DNA of 62,632 nt, filler included, from Dugesia japonica (lineage: Eukaryota): assembly GCA_001938525.1 (NCBI GenBank). It is 6 parts of 6 records of this genome, joined end to end, with 100 filler letters (N's around TTAATTAATTAA, not from the genome) between each part and the next. Parts side by side here need not be neighbours in the genome. Positions count along the whole stretch, not along the records: positions 38,593 to 47,157 come from MQRL01626513.1; positions 47,258 to 62,632 come from MQRL01372838.1; 4 more parts are not named here. One strand, written 5' to 3'. Both the position numbers and the translations under genes were made by a program. Below, in pieces: positions 40,501 through 54,139 of this stretch. Position 1 is the stretch's first letter. Each line of letters starts with the position of its first letter. The notes beneath the pieces were generated by a model. It was not told the DNA's origin and did no database searches. It saw only the letters and a program-made list of their open reading frames with translations.

Positions 40501-41669
40501 TTATTAATACTCAAATTGACACACATTCACTTTTAAATTTATTTTAATCTTATTTTATTGATTGATTATGTAACAGGTTTTATTGGCCAGTATATAAACA
40601 ATTTCCTTCTTATTTTACCGCAGTTAAATTTGTCGATAGTGATTATATAATTAAATACTGTTAAATATTTCTCTAATAAAATCTATTTTAAAAAAAATTT
40701 TTAAACATTGTTTACTTTTAACTTCTTAATAGTTGCCCATATAAATAATTAAATTGTTTAAATGAAATTTTTATTAAAAATAAATAAATTGTTTTTAAAT
40801 CTTACTATATTTGCAGTTTGATGGAAATAGAATATTGTAGTTTCAATAATTATTTATTTCAACGAATAGAATCATGTTAAATATTATTTAATATTTTAAA
40901 TTAGATCTTTTTATATTACAATTATTAGAATTTTAGGCATTTAACTTTTTTATTTCAGATTTCATTAAATTAAAAACTTCGATCCAAATGTTATTTTTTT
41001 CTTTTTATTTCTTTTTTTGGTAGTTATTCAAATTTTCGACTATTGTCTTCTTCGTGAATTAATCTTTTTACATATGATCTTATACCTATGTTGTGATACA
41101 TGTTGATGGTGTGCCATAATAACTATAGCTTCTTGTTTAGTGAAGTATAAGTTGGAAATGCGAATAATAATGTTTTCTATCACAATAAGAAATGTCCAAA
41201 AGAATTTATAAAAAGCAGAAAATTGATAATAAAATTACTGTAACTCTATTATTAAATTTATCTTTTGTTTAAATTTGTCTTGTAAAATATAAATAATTTT
41301 TATTTTCCTTCTAGACTATTCGACAAAATTGATTTCGAAAATATAATAAATTTCATCTATCTTATAAATTATTCCAAAAATTTCGTGTTCAATTTTTTGA
41401 ACATTTTTTTGATTGACTTTAGAATGACTATCAGTTTAATTGTTGAAATTAATAAATTTTTACATCAATACTTGAACTTTGATGGTAACTTATCCAAATT
41501 TCGTTATTTAATTGATTGTATAATGTTACATAATACGTTTTTATTGTATTTTTTTTTAAGTTGGGGCGTATAAAAAGCAAGTTTAAATAATGAAAAAACT
41601 AACTTAAGTTATACTTTAAATATACCGAATAAGTGAAAATATACAAAAATATATACTTCAATATTTCGA

Positions 41670-41767
41670 TTTCATTAAAGTAAAGAAAAAGCTTCGATCA
41701 AAATAAAATGTATTTGAATTTCTTTACATTTTATTTTGGTCGAAGCTTTTTCTTTATTTTAATGAAA
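41670..41767. repeat. 43-bp inverted repeat of the Penelope pLTR tail
   Basis: Arms 41670-41712 and 41725-41767, near-perfect complements containing AAGCTTCGATCAAAAT. Confidence 0.8.
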
Positions 41768-41839
41768 CATCTCAAATGCGATCAATGGTTAAGTCCATCA
41801 ATTATTCGCACAATAATTGTAATTATAAAATTCAATATT

Positions 41840-42870
41840 TAGCTCATAGGCTCCTAATTGGCGGTACTACCCCACAGTGGGCGCTGAAATCTTTTATGGG
41901 CCGATAGAAGATCTACAGGTAAATATGGGGCATTAGTACAGTCATGATGGGTGGTCTGTTGTATAATATGACAAGGTTTAAATAGGGAAAATTAAAAATA
42001 ATTAAAGTTAGTGAAAGAAACTACCTGTAGTCAATGTACTTGCTATCCCTTTTATTATTCATCCTTAGCATTTGGTTGAATATTCTGGATGAACGCTTAC
42101 ATACATCACATTACATTATTAGATCAGTCTATAAGATTAGAAACAATTCATTGCGTGACTGATTATTTGGCCAACTTTGTAGTGAAAATGAAGATTGCAA
42201 TCGCTTGCTGCTACATACAGAGATTCGTTGGCTCTCAATATGTATGTGTTTGAATCGTTCTTTTTAACTATTTGTCTCAGTACTGGACTTCCTTGAAAAT
42301 AGAAATGAAAACCTGATTACATCCAAAAATGAAGTCGCTTTTTTGACAGACCTGTTTATTTATTTATATATAATGAAGTAAATTTACAATTGTAAGATGA
42401 TCAGTCGAATTTAATTAAAACAAAAAACGCCATCATTGCTTTTGTGGGATAACTTATTCGGTTCAAACAAAATCTAGGTAAAATTCAATACATCCAGTTT
42501 CCCGCACTATCAATAGTCTCAGAAAACCCGAAATTTTACTTACTCTCAACACTTAGACGCTCTTCGTGATGATTGTACGGAGTGATTCAAAAATATCTTA
42601 AACAGGAATATACCGTGTTAGGTTTTAGATCCTTTCGCAAATACAGATACAAAAGATTCATTCAAATTAGAAGAGGAACTTGTAGAACTCATAACTAACG
42701 AATAATTAAAAATAAATTTCAGAAATGAATAGCAGGAGTTCTGGCTTCAAACATCAATACCTGCTCTCTACCCTGACTTGTATACAAGAGTACAGAAGTT
42801 TTTAATTGCATTTACTTCATCATATTTGGCTGCGCATGGGTTCAGTCCTTATTATTATTTTTTATGTAAC
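41840..42870 (+). mobile_element. hAT (Buster/SCAND3-like) transposase relic
   Basis: LFGQLCSENEDCNRLLLHTEIRWLS; FW......YPDL...VQKFLIAFTSSYL...GFS dimerisation motif. Confidence 0.85.
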
Positions 42871-44149
42871 AATCTGAAACAAAGCGAACGAAAACCTAAG
42901 TATAATTTAAATATTATTGTAAGTTGTAAAAATCACGGTTTAAAATCTTCTACAAATATATAAATAAAAACAACTATTGTACCTTAATTTAACCAAATTC
43001 AAAATAAAACTGTCAATTCTAGAATCGTTGTGCAACAAAGTAAAAAAATCAAAAAGTAATCTATTCTTTTAAAAACCTTGTTTCTTAAAAATATAGTATT
43101 TGAGAAACGCAATTTGGTTCAAAAATTACCAGTGATTGGAAATACTTCTACTACCTATTGACACGGATTAATAAATTTTCAAAATTAAATTCGTAAAGAC
43201 TAGCGGATGTCAAAACAAATTCATAAAATTCTATTTTACGGGTTCAATGGATTTTTTAAAAGAAGTTTTAAATACTTGAATAATTTTTCTTAAAACATTG
43301 ACTTTTTGCAGAGAAAATCCGGTTTCATAGAAAAATACCGGTTTGTTGTTTTAAGAAATGAAGGACTTGACTTTTTGGCAAAATTTCAATTTTGATCGCT
43401 TTCTATAGAATTCATTTAAAATAAAAGCTTCGATCAAATCAAAATTTTTTTTGTATTGATATTTGATAACAATTCGATATTTCGATTTAGTCTTCTTCAA
43501 AAATTAGCTTTATATGGGCTGAAATTATTAATTATTTCCTTATATCCCTCTTCTGTCTAACCTTTTCTAGATTTCTCTTTAGTCGTTTCCCTTTTTCTTC
43601 TTGTACCACATATCGTCATTCGTGAATTTTCTCAATTATTCGATAAGAACCTTAAATCTGTTTCAGCTTTCATTTGTTGTTTGAACCTTGATTTTGACAT
43701 ATTCTCCTACTTCGAAGTCTCTATTAGTAATCACTTCTGAACTGTTTTCTTTAGTTCTCCCTTAAACTTACCAATTTTCTCTGCTAAATTTCTTTCTAAA
43801 TACAATTTCAGTCGAGCTCATTGCAGTCATCGTCTTTGTTGTGTTCAATATATATTCATTGTCTAATCTGTTGTCATTCTCTCCTGAAGTGTGGCATTAA
43901 TTAAATCACTATTCATCCTGCACTGTCTATAATGAATGAATTCCATTAACAGTGGATGTCTCCAAGCAACTCCTCTACTGGTGGAGCCCTGTCTTTTGTG
44001 TGCTGCCTTTCGGAATCACTTCCATATATTTACTCATATTCATTGTCTGCATTGACTTCAGCTCCAATTGCATGTATTCAATTGTATCCGTTCCTGGTCC
44101 TCTATTAGTTAAAAATTTATTCAATATTATGTTTTCCAAGTAAAAATAG

Positions 44150-46020
44150 AGAATTTATTTCGGACATGGATGCGAGTTTCGACACGATTAGTGCAGTTCT
44201 ATCTTAAAGGGACAACAATGGACAAGAAAGAGTAATTGCATATGGGTCACACGCAATGACGAGTCATGAAAAAGGATATTGTACTACGCAGAAAGAATTA
44301 CTTGCAATGTACTACTTTTGTATTCTTTTCAAACATTACTTATATAGGAAGAGATTTATCCTTAGAACAGAACATAAAGCTATCACTGTTATGTTAAATT
44401 CCAAGAAACCGATTACATCAGTTTCAAACTTGGATTAATTATTTGAGCAGTTTAGATATAAAATTGGGATATAGAAAAGAATCGCTTCATACAAAATGCG
44501 GATATGTTGTCAAGAAGTAAATGCGATACATGTGCACAATGTTAAATGTCACATGAAAATCATAAGAGTGGAAAATGAAAAACAAGGATGTTAAATACAG
44601 TATGTATCCATGAGAAACAAGGCGATTTGGAGAAAATGATGAAGGAACATGGATACTTGANGATAAATTAGAAGAGGTTATAATGAGGAAAGGTAGCAGC
44701 GTATATGAAGTGTAAATATACCGCAAAACATTTGTAGAGCAAAGTACAAGAGGTTGTCCGAAGTTGTATAACATGCCAGAAAGAGAAACTGTGGACAACA
44801 AAAACGAAGGAAGAAACGAAAAAGACGCAGNNNNNNNNNNNNNNNNNNNNNNNNNNNNNNNNNNNNNNNNNNNNNNNNNNACTTTTGTATTCTTTTCAAA
44901 CATTACTTATATAGGAAGAGATTTATCCTTAGAACAGAACATAAAGCTATCACTTTCATGTTAAATTCCAAGAAACCGATTACATCAGTTTCAAACATGG
45001 ATTAATTATTTGAGCAGTTTAGATATAAAATTGAGATATAGAAAAGAATCGCTTCATACAAATGCGGATATGTTGTCAAGAAGTAAATGCGAAACATGTG
45101 CACAATGTTAAATGTCACATGAAAATCATAAGAGGGGAAAATGGAAAACAAGGATGTTAAATACAGTATGTATCCATGAGAAACAAGGCGATTTGGAGAA
45201 AATGATGAAGGAACATGGATACTTGANNNNNNNNNNNNNNNNNNNNNNNNNNNNNNNNNNNNNNNNNNNNNNNNNNNNNNNNNNNNNNNNNNNNNNNNNN
45301 NNNNNNNNNNNNNNNNNNNNNNNNNNNNNNNNNNNNNNNNNNNNNNNNNNNNNNNNNNNNNNNNNNNNNNNNNNNNNNNNNNNNNNNNNNNNNNNNNCAG
45401 CCGAAATGTTTGAACTGTTATTTAAAAAGTTTGTGAATCACTGCAAGAGACAAGAGGTCGAAAAAGATATGTTCGCGGTATAATAGATCACTGCAGTAAG
45501 TATATAGCTTTGATAGCAATGACAAGACAAGACAAACTTACCATACGGAAAGCAATAATAGAGAAGTGGATATTAAAGTTTTGGTGTCCGAGAGAAATTC
45601 AAGTTTATTGTGGAAGAGCATTTGAATCTAAATTAATAAAAGCTGAACATTGAATTACCCTCAGGTTTTTGAGTCCATATCATCATAACACAAATGGACA
45701 AATCGAGAAGCAGTTTAGAACTATGCGTGATATGATAAATGCGACACTTCAAGAATAGAAAACCTCAGATTGGGCTGATGTATTGCCAGAGATAGAATTT
45801 ACCTTGAATGCTACAAAACAGAAGACCGCCGGGAAAAGTCCTGCTGAAATCGTATTTGGAAAGAGAATACGCAGCGAAAAATGGTACAAAAGAGATTCAA
45901 GGTTGGTTATGAGGCTTTGGTAAAAGTTGAAACAAGAATCAAGATTGTTTTGAAGGACCATATAAGATAAAAGGAAAGGTTCACGATAGACGTTTTATTT
46001 TTTGAAGATACAATCGGAAA
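44150..46020 (+). mobile_element. Ty3/Gypsy RNase H-integrase fragment
   Basis: DAS..AVL, GQERVIAYGSHAM..HEKGYC.T.KELLA, RTEHKAI, SPYHHNTNGQIEK, SPAEIVFGK, FEGPYKI. Confidence 0.88.
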
Positions 46021-46416
46021 AAGTTTCGAAAAAAAATTCTTANNNNNNNNNNNNNNNNNNNNNNNNNNNNNNNNAATTGAAATTTTTGTGTGGTTGGTGA
46101 TCGTTTTTTTTAAAATCATTTATTTAAAATTTTTTTACTTGTAGATGTATTTTGTATTACATTTTAAAGTACGTTTAAAATAATAAAACAAAAATTTGTA
46201 TTAAGTTTAAATGAAAATTTTTAATAACCTTAAATAAATTTTTAAAAAAACTTGAAAATTCGATCACCAATTAAAACATCTATTTTAATTTGCTTGAATA
46301 ATCAAATATCGTTGGTTATAGTTTTGCTTTTGAAAAAAATTTTCCTATGGAGTTGAATATTGGTATTCATGATCCACTGAGAACTCCAAACTAATCTAAC
46401 ATTCAAAATTTTATTT

Positions 46417-46477
46417 TTCTTGAGAATTGACAATTCCTGACGAAGACAAAGTCGAAAATTTCAAATACTCTCAAGAA
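46417..46477 (+). ncRNA. Minimal type I hammerhead ribozyme (Penelope pLTR type), probably degenerate
   Basis: CTGACGA-A-GAC(AAA)GTC-GAAAATTTC core; distal pairing TTCTTGAG/CTCAAGAA. Confidence 0.65.
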
Positions 46478-47157
46478 CTAAAAAACATTTTGGTCGAGGC
46501 TTTTAATTTTAACATTAATTTTCTTAATTTAATAATTTGTGTTAAATAAATGTCACAAAAATCTAAATTATTTCTTGATTGGTTATTATGCTTAATTCCT
46601 AAAATTTTGTCAGCGGTCAACACAGATTCATTTGCATTTACTCATTTACACTTGTTTAATCGATTGAGATTTGATGGGGAAGTATATTCAAACCTTTAAA
46701 AAGGTAAAAAGGTTTCAGCAACGGTAAAGAGCATTCGACTAGAGTCGTGATATCGTGACATGAGAAGTATCTTAGAATATAAACGGAAAGCTGAAGAAAT
46801 CGATATTAATATGGTGAGAGTCAAAAAATTGGTAAATACTTTTTCGCAAATAAGAACATTACATAAAAGAAACTTACGGTAAACTTATTGATACATTGCA
46901 CCAGAAATAAAAGAGCTCGCAAAGAGGTATTTCTTTGTCAAATGAATTATGTAGAAGATATTAAGAAGATATGGCGGTAATTGGATAAGATAGAAAGCAG
47001 AGTGAGTTTAAGCTATATTATGAGTGATGCTAAGATTTTTAAAGAAAGAAGAGTAAAAAATCGAAACATTTATGAAAAATCAACAAAAGTTTCTTTTTTT
47101 GAAATCGTGTTTGGTCGGAAGATGAATCTTTATACGAAAAAGGAAATGCTCTCAGGA

Positions 47158-47257
47158 NNNNNNNNNNNNNNNNNNNNNNNNNNNNNNNNNNNNNNNNNNN
47201 NTTAATTAATTAANNNNNNNNNNNNNNNNNNNNNNNNNNNNNNNNNNNNNNNNNNNN
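47158..47257. other. Artificial contig linker
   Basis: N44-TTAATTAATTAA-N44. Confidence 0.97.
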
Positions 47258-48176
47258 GAGCCGCCGATCCCTCAGAAAACTCTCGGTACTCCCCCAGGAA
47301 GAATTATTAAAAGTGTGCATGTTACCCCGGCATTAATGTAAAAGGAAGGAAGAAAGCCAGAAGAGTTCGCCTATACTACAGCAAAATGGGTACTCTCACA
47401 CTCAGGAAGAGATAACCTAGCATAATAAGGGAAGACTTAATCAAGGAAATTAAAGGAAGTTTAAAGGAAGACTTATTTAACGAAAATTAAAGAAAGTAAA
47501 GCAAGGAAGATGATTTTAAGACTGTGATGACAAGTATGGAGCAGCATGATAGTAAAGTAAGTTTAAAATCTGGAAAAGGAGTGATTGCCTCCTCAGTAAA
47601 GACAATTAGGAGAAAAATTTATTCTAGAAACCCAAACCACAAGTATTACAAAACCAAAACCGAAGCACAGCGAGAAACCAACTAACCAGACTCTGACAAG
47701 AAGATTCCGACTCGGAAAATAGGAAACCACTTACAAGGTCCAACACAACGGGATTATTTACCTCAAGCTCAGTTCTAAAAGAAAACTAACTTTCGAGGCA
47801 AAAATCATCAAGGAAACTAAAGAACTCATCACTTTATTTGGACCAGGAAGAGAATATTTGTTGACTCAGGAAACCAGAATTCGACAAAACAGTATCCAAA
47901 ACTAAAACGTTTGTAACCATCAGCTCTAACAGTAGTCCGAGTGATAAGGAAAATAAAACTAACCCGAAAACCACATCCGGTAAAATTTCGGTAGCTAGTA
48001 ACTGATCAAGTGGGATAAGTTATACCTCAGAGGAATCAGAAATTACAGAAGTAACAGACAGTAATCAAGTAAACACCGACTCAGTGGTAACACGGTCAAA
48101 CAATTTAGAAACCGAAACACTCACATTAACAAACCAAGACCCGAAAATAGAAACTAATCTAGTAAAAGATAAAAGC

Positions 48177-49200
48177 ATGGCAAACAAAACTGAAAGCCAA
48201 CGACCAGAGTGGAAAATAAAATTTGATGGCGAATATTTTAGTGGAATACCAGAGAAGTTGGATGAATTTATCCAAAACTATGAAATGTACGCCAAAACTT
48301 GTGGTTGGGACGAAGAAGCAAAAAGAAAGCGGTTACCTGCTTATTTGACAGGAGTAGCTAAAACTGTGTTCTGGGATCACACTAAGGGCATGGAAGCCAT
48401 ACCCGAAATGGAAAGATGTGGTGAAAATATTAACCGATAATTTCCAAAATTTTAAGTTGACTGGCCAAGACTTCGAACAATTTACCAATCGAAAACAGCA
48501 GCGAGGAGAAACTCCACAGACTTATATGATGGAACTCTAGAGACGCGGCAAACTAGCCCTAGCAGATAAACTGGAAGATAGTAAAGTGCTAGCCATATTC
48601 TTAAATGTTTTACGCGATGAGAACGCCAAGCTAATAGTAAAGTTGAGTAAGCTAGTGACTCTACAGGATGCTCTAGCCACGTTGCGAATTGCAGCAGATA
48701 GACCTTCCAAACGGATATTCAAAGTTGAAGGACAGACAGAGGAGACCACACCAAGGATATCGGACTTCATACCTAACACCCAATCAATGATGAAAACCCT
48801 GACTCCAGGGCAAGAACGGAATAACAGGAATGATTGGCCCAACTACCCACGAGGAAATGGTGGAGGATTTAATATCCCTCGGAACAATTGGCAAAATAAC
48901 CGAGATATACAATGCAATACCTGTGGAAGAAGGGGGCATATAGCCCGCGATTGTAGAAGTAGAGGCATTATTAATAACAACAATCGATTTTGTACCTATT
49001 GCAAGAAGACCGACCACAATGTAGAAACGTGCTTTTTGAAAAACCCAACTGTCTTTTATAAGTGTAACAGAAGAGGGCATATGGCCAAGGAATGTCCAAG
49101 CGGAAATCAAGCAAGTTACAATCGAAACCCGAATGCAAATCTGGATAATCTAATGCAGAAAAACGAGAGATTGAGGCAGCGAGTAAATCAAAATAAAGGA
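48177..49200 (+). pseudogene. gag: Gag capsid plus three CCHC zinc knuckles
   Basis: FSG.PE.LDEFI..YE......GWDE......LPAYLTG.A; CNTCGRRGHIARDC, CTYCKKTDHNVETC, (F)YKCNRRGHMAKEC. Confidence 0.93.
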
Positions 49201-49619
49201 CAAGTAAACTTGGTGCACCAAAGTACTTTCGATAACGTGTACCACAATGCCCAACAAGAAAGTGATTGGCTTAAATGGCAAAACCAGGATTTGCAAGTAC
49301 AGCAGGAAAGACTAGCAAGGAGAAACTTGCTAAACGAACCACACAAGAATCAATGTAATATGATCAGAACCCATAGACAAATCTATAACCAACATGACAA
49401 AACCACGGAAGTTATCGAAATGGAAGACACGCGGAAACAACTCTTGATTACATCACCAGAATTCGAGTGGACTAATGAAATCATCTATAAAACAATAGAA
49501 ACATCAACCACAACCACCTGGAGAAGACGAGTGACGAATCAGTTACTTCGATTATACCAACACCCACAAGTACATACAAAAGTAAAAGCTAATTGGCAGA
49601 AAATAATATCGGATTACAT

Positions 49620-52600
49620 CGCCGAGCTCAATAAAGAAACTCAGTTAGAAGACTATGAATTCGAAATTCAATATGTATGGCATAACAACCCGGAGGTAAT
49701 CCCGAAACGACTAAAGCTGGTACTAAAGGAAATGACAGTTCGTCACCTAAAAGAAGCTATTAACTGAATAAAATGGAGAGAATTAAACGGTATTAAAGGT
49801 ATGACGGTAAATCCGTTTCTCGAATCACCACCATTTAACGATCAACAACAATGGAATGGAAAATGGAATAGGCACAGACTGCAAATAGGTAATATATGAA
49901 TCAATATTCTTCTAGATGATAAGAATCTAATCTATTACGGGGCACAACCTCACGAAACAACCGATATCAAACTGATAAACCGGGGATTGGTCTTCAGACT
50001 CCAAATAGTAATTCAGGAGATAGAAACAGACGAGTTATATCATAACCTCAAAGTAACATTTATAAAAGAAATAGTTCCTACTCAGGCTCAAAACTACCTA
50101 CGAAAACGATTTGAAAAGTTGAGACTAAGGGACTATCCAGACCTGGAACAAAAGGAAGCCTCGCGATTATCCTTAGCCCGAATTAACGAGATACTTATAG
50201 CTGCCCAGAAACTCCATGATACGATAAAGAGGGGTGTATACTTGAAGTTGACCAATCGATTAGTAGAATTATTAGAAGTTATGAAATTGATCACAAATTT
50301 TGAAAGCGATTGGACAGAATGGTTACCTGTACATTATGATTTGGTAATATCCAACATGGGATTATCAGAATACAAAGTATGGTTGTATAACCCAGAAGGT
50401 AATATGAAACTGACACTCACGGGATTAATGGTAAAAGATCTGGAATCGGCACTTAATCAAGCAGGTTATCCATGTGTAACTGATAAATATGTATGTACTC
50501 CAAGTGCAATAGTGGATTTTAATGCCAGAAAAAGACATCTCTACGATTTTGAAGTAAAGCTAGGAGAAGAAATTGATCTTGTAGTATTGGACAAACACCC
50601 TGGTATTGATTATGACATATGGGTAACGAAAACCGGAAGATCGGCATTAGAAATCATGGGGGAATGGAATATCTATATAAACAAGAAGTAGAACCTATAA
50701 AATTAAGATACTTTCCACAGTATTGGGAAAGAAAGACAAGCTAACAAAGGAGGAAAGGAAGCAGTTACTGATGACGCGTAAAGATTTTCTCAAACAACGA
50801 TTAGAGAGAAGAGACGGGAAATGCAACATGATAAGAATGCGACAAATGCCGTCAAGGGAAGTAGTAGCAATGCGTAAAGTGGAGGAAATGGTTAAACTAT
50901 TCCATCAGAGTCAGTCTCCTCAGCAAAGAGGGAAGCATAAAAAAGGTGGATATGATAGTATTGGAAGGATTAACTATCCGACATGTTATAAAACCAAATA
51001 AGAAGTGGTTATGGCCAAAATCACTCAAGTCATATAAAATGCAGGCGGGAGCAACAATGATCATATTGGCCAAGAAAGAAGATCATATTTTCCTACACGA
51101 TATTAAACCAGGAGAGACCACTGAAATCAAGCTACGCCTCGGAAAATGACAATAGATATTCCTATACCAAAAATGCCGGATACCGATCAACTTATATTCA
51201 ACATGATGAGTCTGTATATACAAGAAATATTACCGGTAGAAAATGAACGTCTCATAAATACGTACGGAGAAAGCAAAGCCCAAGTAAACATGGTCAGGAA
51301 TAATGGATCCAAAATCCCAGTCCTGACATCGGATGAGGAGGAGGAGGAAGAAACCGCAGACGATACCGTCAAACCCAAACTATTACCGTTTAAACAAGAA
51401 TTTGTTGGCCCTTTCAGGTCCCCTCAAGCCAAGCGGATATCAAAGATAATTTCTGATTTCTGTTATTTTCTGGGAAAAATACCCAGGGCAAAATTTTGGA
51501 ATGCAATAAATTTACTAACGGATTTGTCAAAATATACCGAAATAGTAAAAAAGAACGTAATTAGTGGAAATCTATACTCAAGTTGCATACTGGTGCAGTT
51601 AAGGCCAGTGCCAAGGGAGATGATTTTCAGGTCACCATAGAATATTGGACACCAAACAAGAAACCCAGAAAGGAACAAGAATTGGCCTTAATGTACATTC
51701 CACATTTCGATAGCACAGGAGCATCGGAATTACAAGAAACTATAGAGTCGTTGGATATAGCTGATCAACAGAGTGGCTACGTAATCACAAGTGACCATTT
51801 GTGATTTCCTATCAAGTTTGAAGGAAACAGCATTTAATGAACGTAGGGTTGAGATCAGGGGAAAATACTTTTCTCTAAATACAGAAACCCGAATATTACA
51901 CTCCAGGTCCAGTAAAGTCTATGAAAGAAGTATTACGACAACTCGAAGATTTATACGAACAAGAAATCGGCAGTGGAAAACTGTTTGAAGAAGTCGACGA
52001 TAGAACAATGGAGATAAATATTGAGTCATGGGAAGATAGTAAAACTTGGGGAAGCCTGCCTCGAGTAATAATGAAAATACTTAAGACACGACAAAGTTAT
52101 GCAATTAATCCTTAAGTTAAATCAACTACGAGCTATAAGTCGAATGCCAGGAGACGTAATGGATGTAATATTAAATAAAGCAGTTCGCATGATAACTAAT
52201 GAAGCAGTTGACGTAATAATCAAATTTCCGGATGAAAGCGAAATTCATTGGCAGGTCCAAATGAATGAAACATGGGCTAAGTTACGGAAAAGGATTATAA
52301 AATTTATGAACCAACAGTGTATCCTTGACGAGGAGGAAAATGGAACGCAACCATTAGTACAAGAAGACGACATAGTGCTCTATTATAACCAAGTAATAGA
52401 ACCAGACCAAATGAGATTGCCAGTGAAATATATCGGGATTTCGCCAGGAACTAAATTGAAAATGTATGTAACAGCAAAGAAGGCGGAGAGACGACGACCA
52501 CGGGTCTCGGAGAAAAATGGAAACAGGAAGCCAGAGAAGTAGTGGAATATTATATCGAGGAGATACATCCACTAGTATTCGCAAGAGCTAAGCTCCCTAA

Positions 52601-53120
52601 ACAAGAACAGGGTAAACCACGAGTGGAGATGGTAGCAGTTCTGACAAACACACCCGCCAAGGATCAGAAGCCAGAGGACAATTTACCAAAATTATTCGAA
52701 TTGCTAGTCGGTGATAAGTTAATAAAGCCAGAAATCATACGTCGATCCAATATAATCCTACAACAAGATCTGGCAGTAGAAGACCTCAGAAAACTACGAC
52801 GGTTAATTATGGCCATCAAGGTATCCCATGTGTGGGATCCGATTCAATTCAATAAAATTTTGGTTTAATGGCGAAAAGCGGAAATGGGACAAGCCACTCC
52901 CTTGAAAATCAAATTTAGAATAATCGATCTGGAAAGAGACAAGATTACGGTTAAGATACCGGTATATAATACGGTAAAACACTTACGGGATAAGCTACCA
53001 TTTAAGCCACCCGGATGAGGATGAAATAATAGAAGATACCACTCCAATCGGTCTAATGAAAATAAATTTAGTTAAACCTAATACATTATGGATTTTCCAG
53101 AATTAGGAGGTACTCTCACT
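49620..53120 (+). pseudogene. Accessory polyprotein region with multiple ubiquitin-like (beta-grasp) domains
   Basis: TVRHLKEAI...LIYYGAQP; MVKDLE...LYDFEVKLGEEIDLV; VDVIIKFPDESEIHWQVQMNETWAKLRKRI...YIGISPGTKLKM; TVKIPVYNTVKHLRDKL. Confidence 0.6.
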
Positions 53121-53624
53121 CGGAAAGACGCAGACCCTTACAAGGCAGCAGATAAAACGAGACCAATAAAAAACACAAAATATTCACCTCCAACTAGGAA
53201 AAGTGAAGAAATAAGGGTCAAAGGGTCAACACGAAGTAAAAAATATGATCCTAGCAAGGTAGATTTGGATGAAGAAGATGTATTGGAAGAACAACCATTA
53301 TCACCAATATTGAGTAGAATAGCAAAAGAATTGCCCTCCTCAGTTATGGACGTTTTAATGGATACAAATCACCCCTTAGAAATGGAAAATACTATAGAGA
53401 CAGAAGAGGAAGAAGTGCCGCCAAAACCAGTACGCACCCGAGTAGATGTAGAAACAATTACCGAACCTCCCATTTGAGGCAGACCAAGAACAAAACCTCC
53501 GGGAAATCCGGAGGAGGAGGAAGCATTAAAACAAAAACGATTAGCAACATCAATAAATCACTAAACCAAGAGATTAGCAACGGTATCACAGGAAAGAGAT
53601 CACGAGAATTCAGCGGATGAGGAC

Positions 53625-54015
53625 ATGCCCACAGAATTAGTAATACGGCAACTATTGTTAATGCTTTACCCAGAGCTAAAGATATGGATTGGTAAATTCG
53701 AACTATCCGATGGCCTCAGACTGCTTGCAAAGGAAATAGAAGCGGCCATCAGGAAATTTCCCGCTACTAAAGGAACTAGTTATGGTACAAAAGACAACCT
53801 AGAAGGGGTAATGGATGAGTTGCTACAGGATTCATCAACGAAAGGGAGAATAGTGGAGTCTTTAGCGCATTTTTATTAATCAAACACATCTATCAATCGC
53901 TAGAAGCAAGCCGTCAAAAAACTTCATTCTTAGTAAATTACCGATATTGGATTTAATGCAAAACAAAATTGGGCCGCTGATAAAGCAGCAAGGAGGATGG
54001 AAAAGTTTATTGAGA
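53625..54015 (+). pseudogene. Bcl-2-like domain (frameshifted)
   Basis: BH3-like LRLLAKEIE, BH1-like VMDELLQDSSTKGRIVESL, BH2 LIKQQGGW/EKFIE at 53977-54015 (alternate frame). Confidence 0.75.
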
Positions 54016-54139
54016 CCATATGCCCTAAACCACAGCCATCACATGAAAATGCAACTAGAGTAATAAGGATTGTTCGGGACCAGTTAAATGAGATCGAGAA
54101 TGGATGGGCACGTGAGCCTCGCGGAAATTCTTGGCAAGC

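Noticed and set aside
43540-44140. Possible minus-strand integrase remnant
   Set aside because: Too decayed to read catalytic motifs with confidence.
44313-45226. Duplicated Gypsy RNase H segment
   Set aside because: Near-identical copies around gaps; probably haplotype or overlap misassembly.
9734-47257. Five regularly spaced TTAATTAATTAA palindromes
   Set aside because: Each sits inside Ns as a 100-bp assembly linker with six-frame stops. It is not biological, and adjacency across linkers means nothing.
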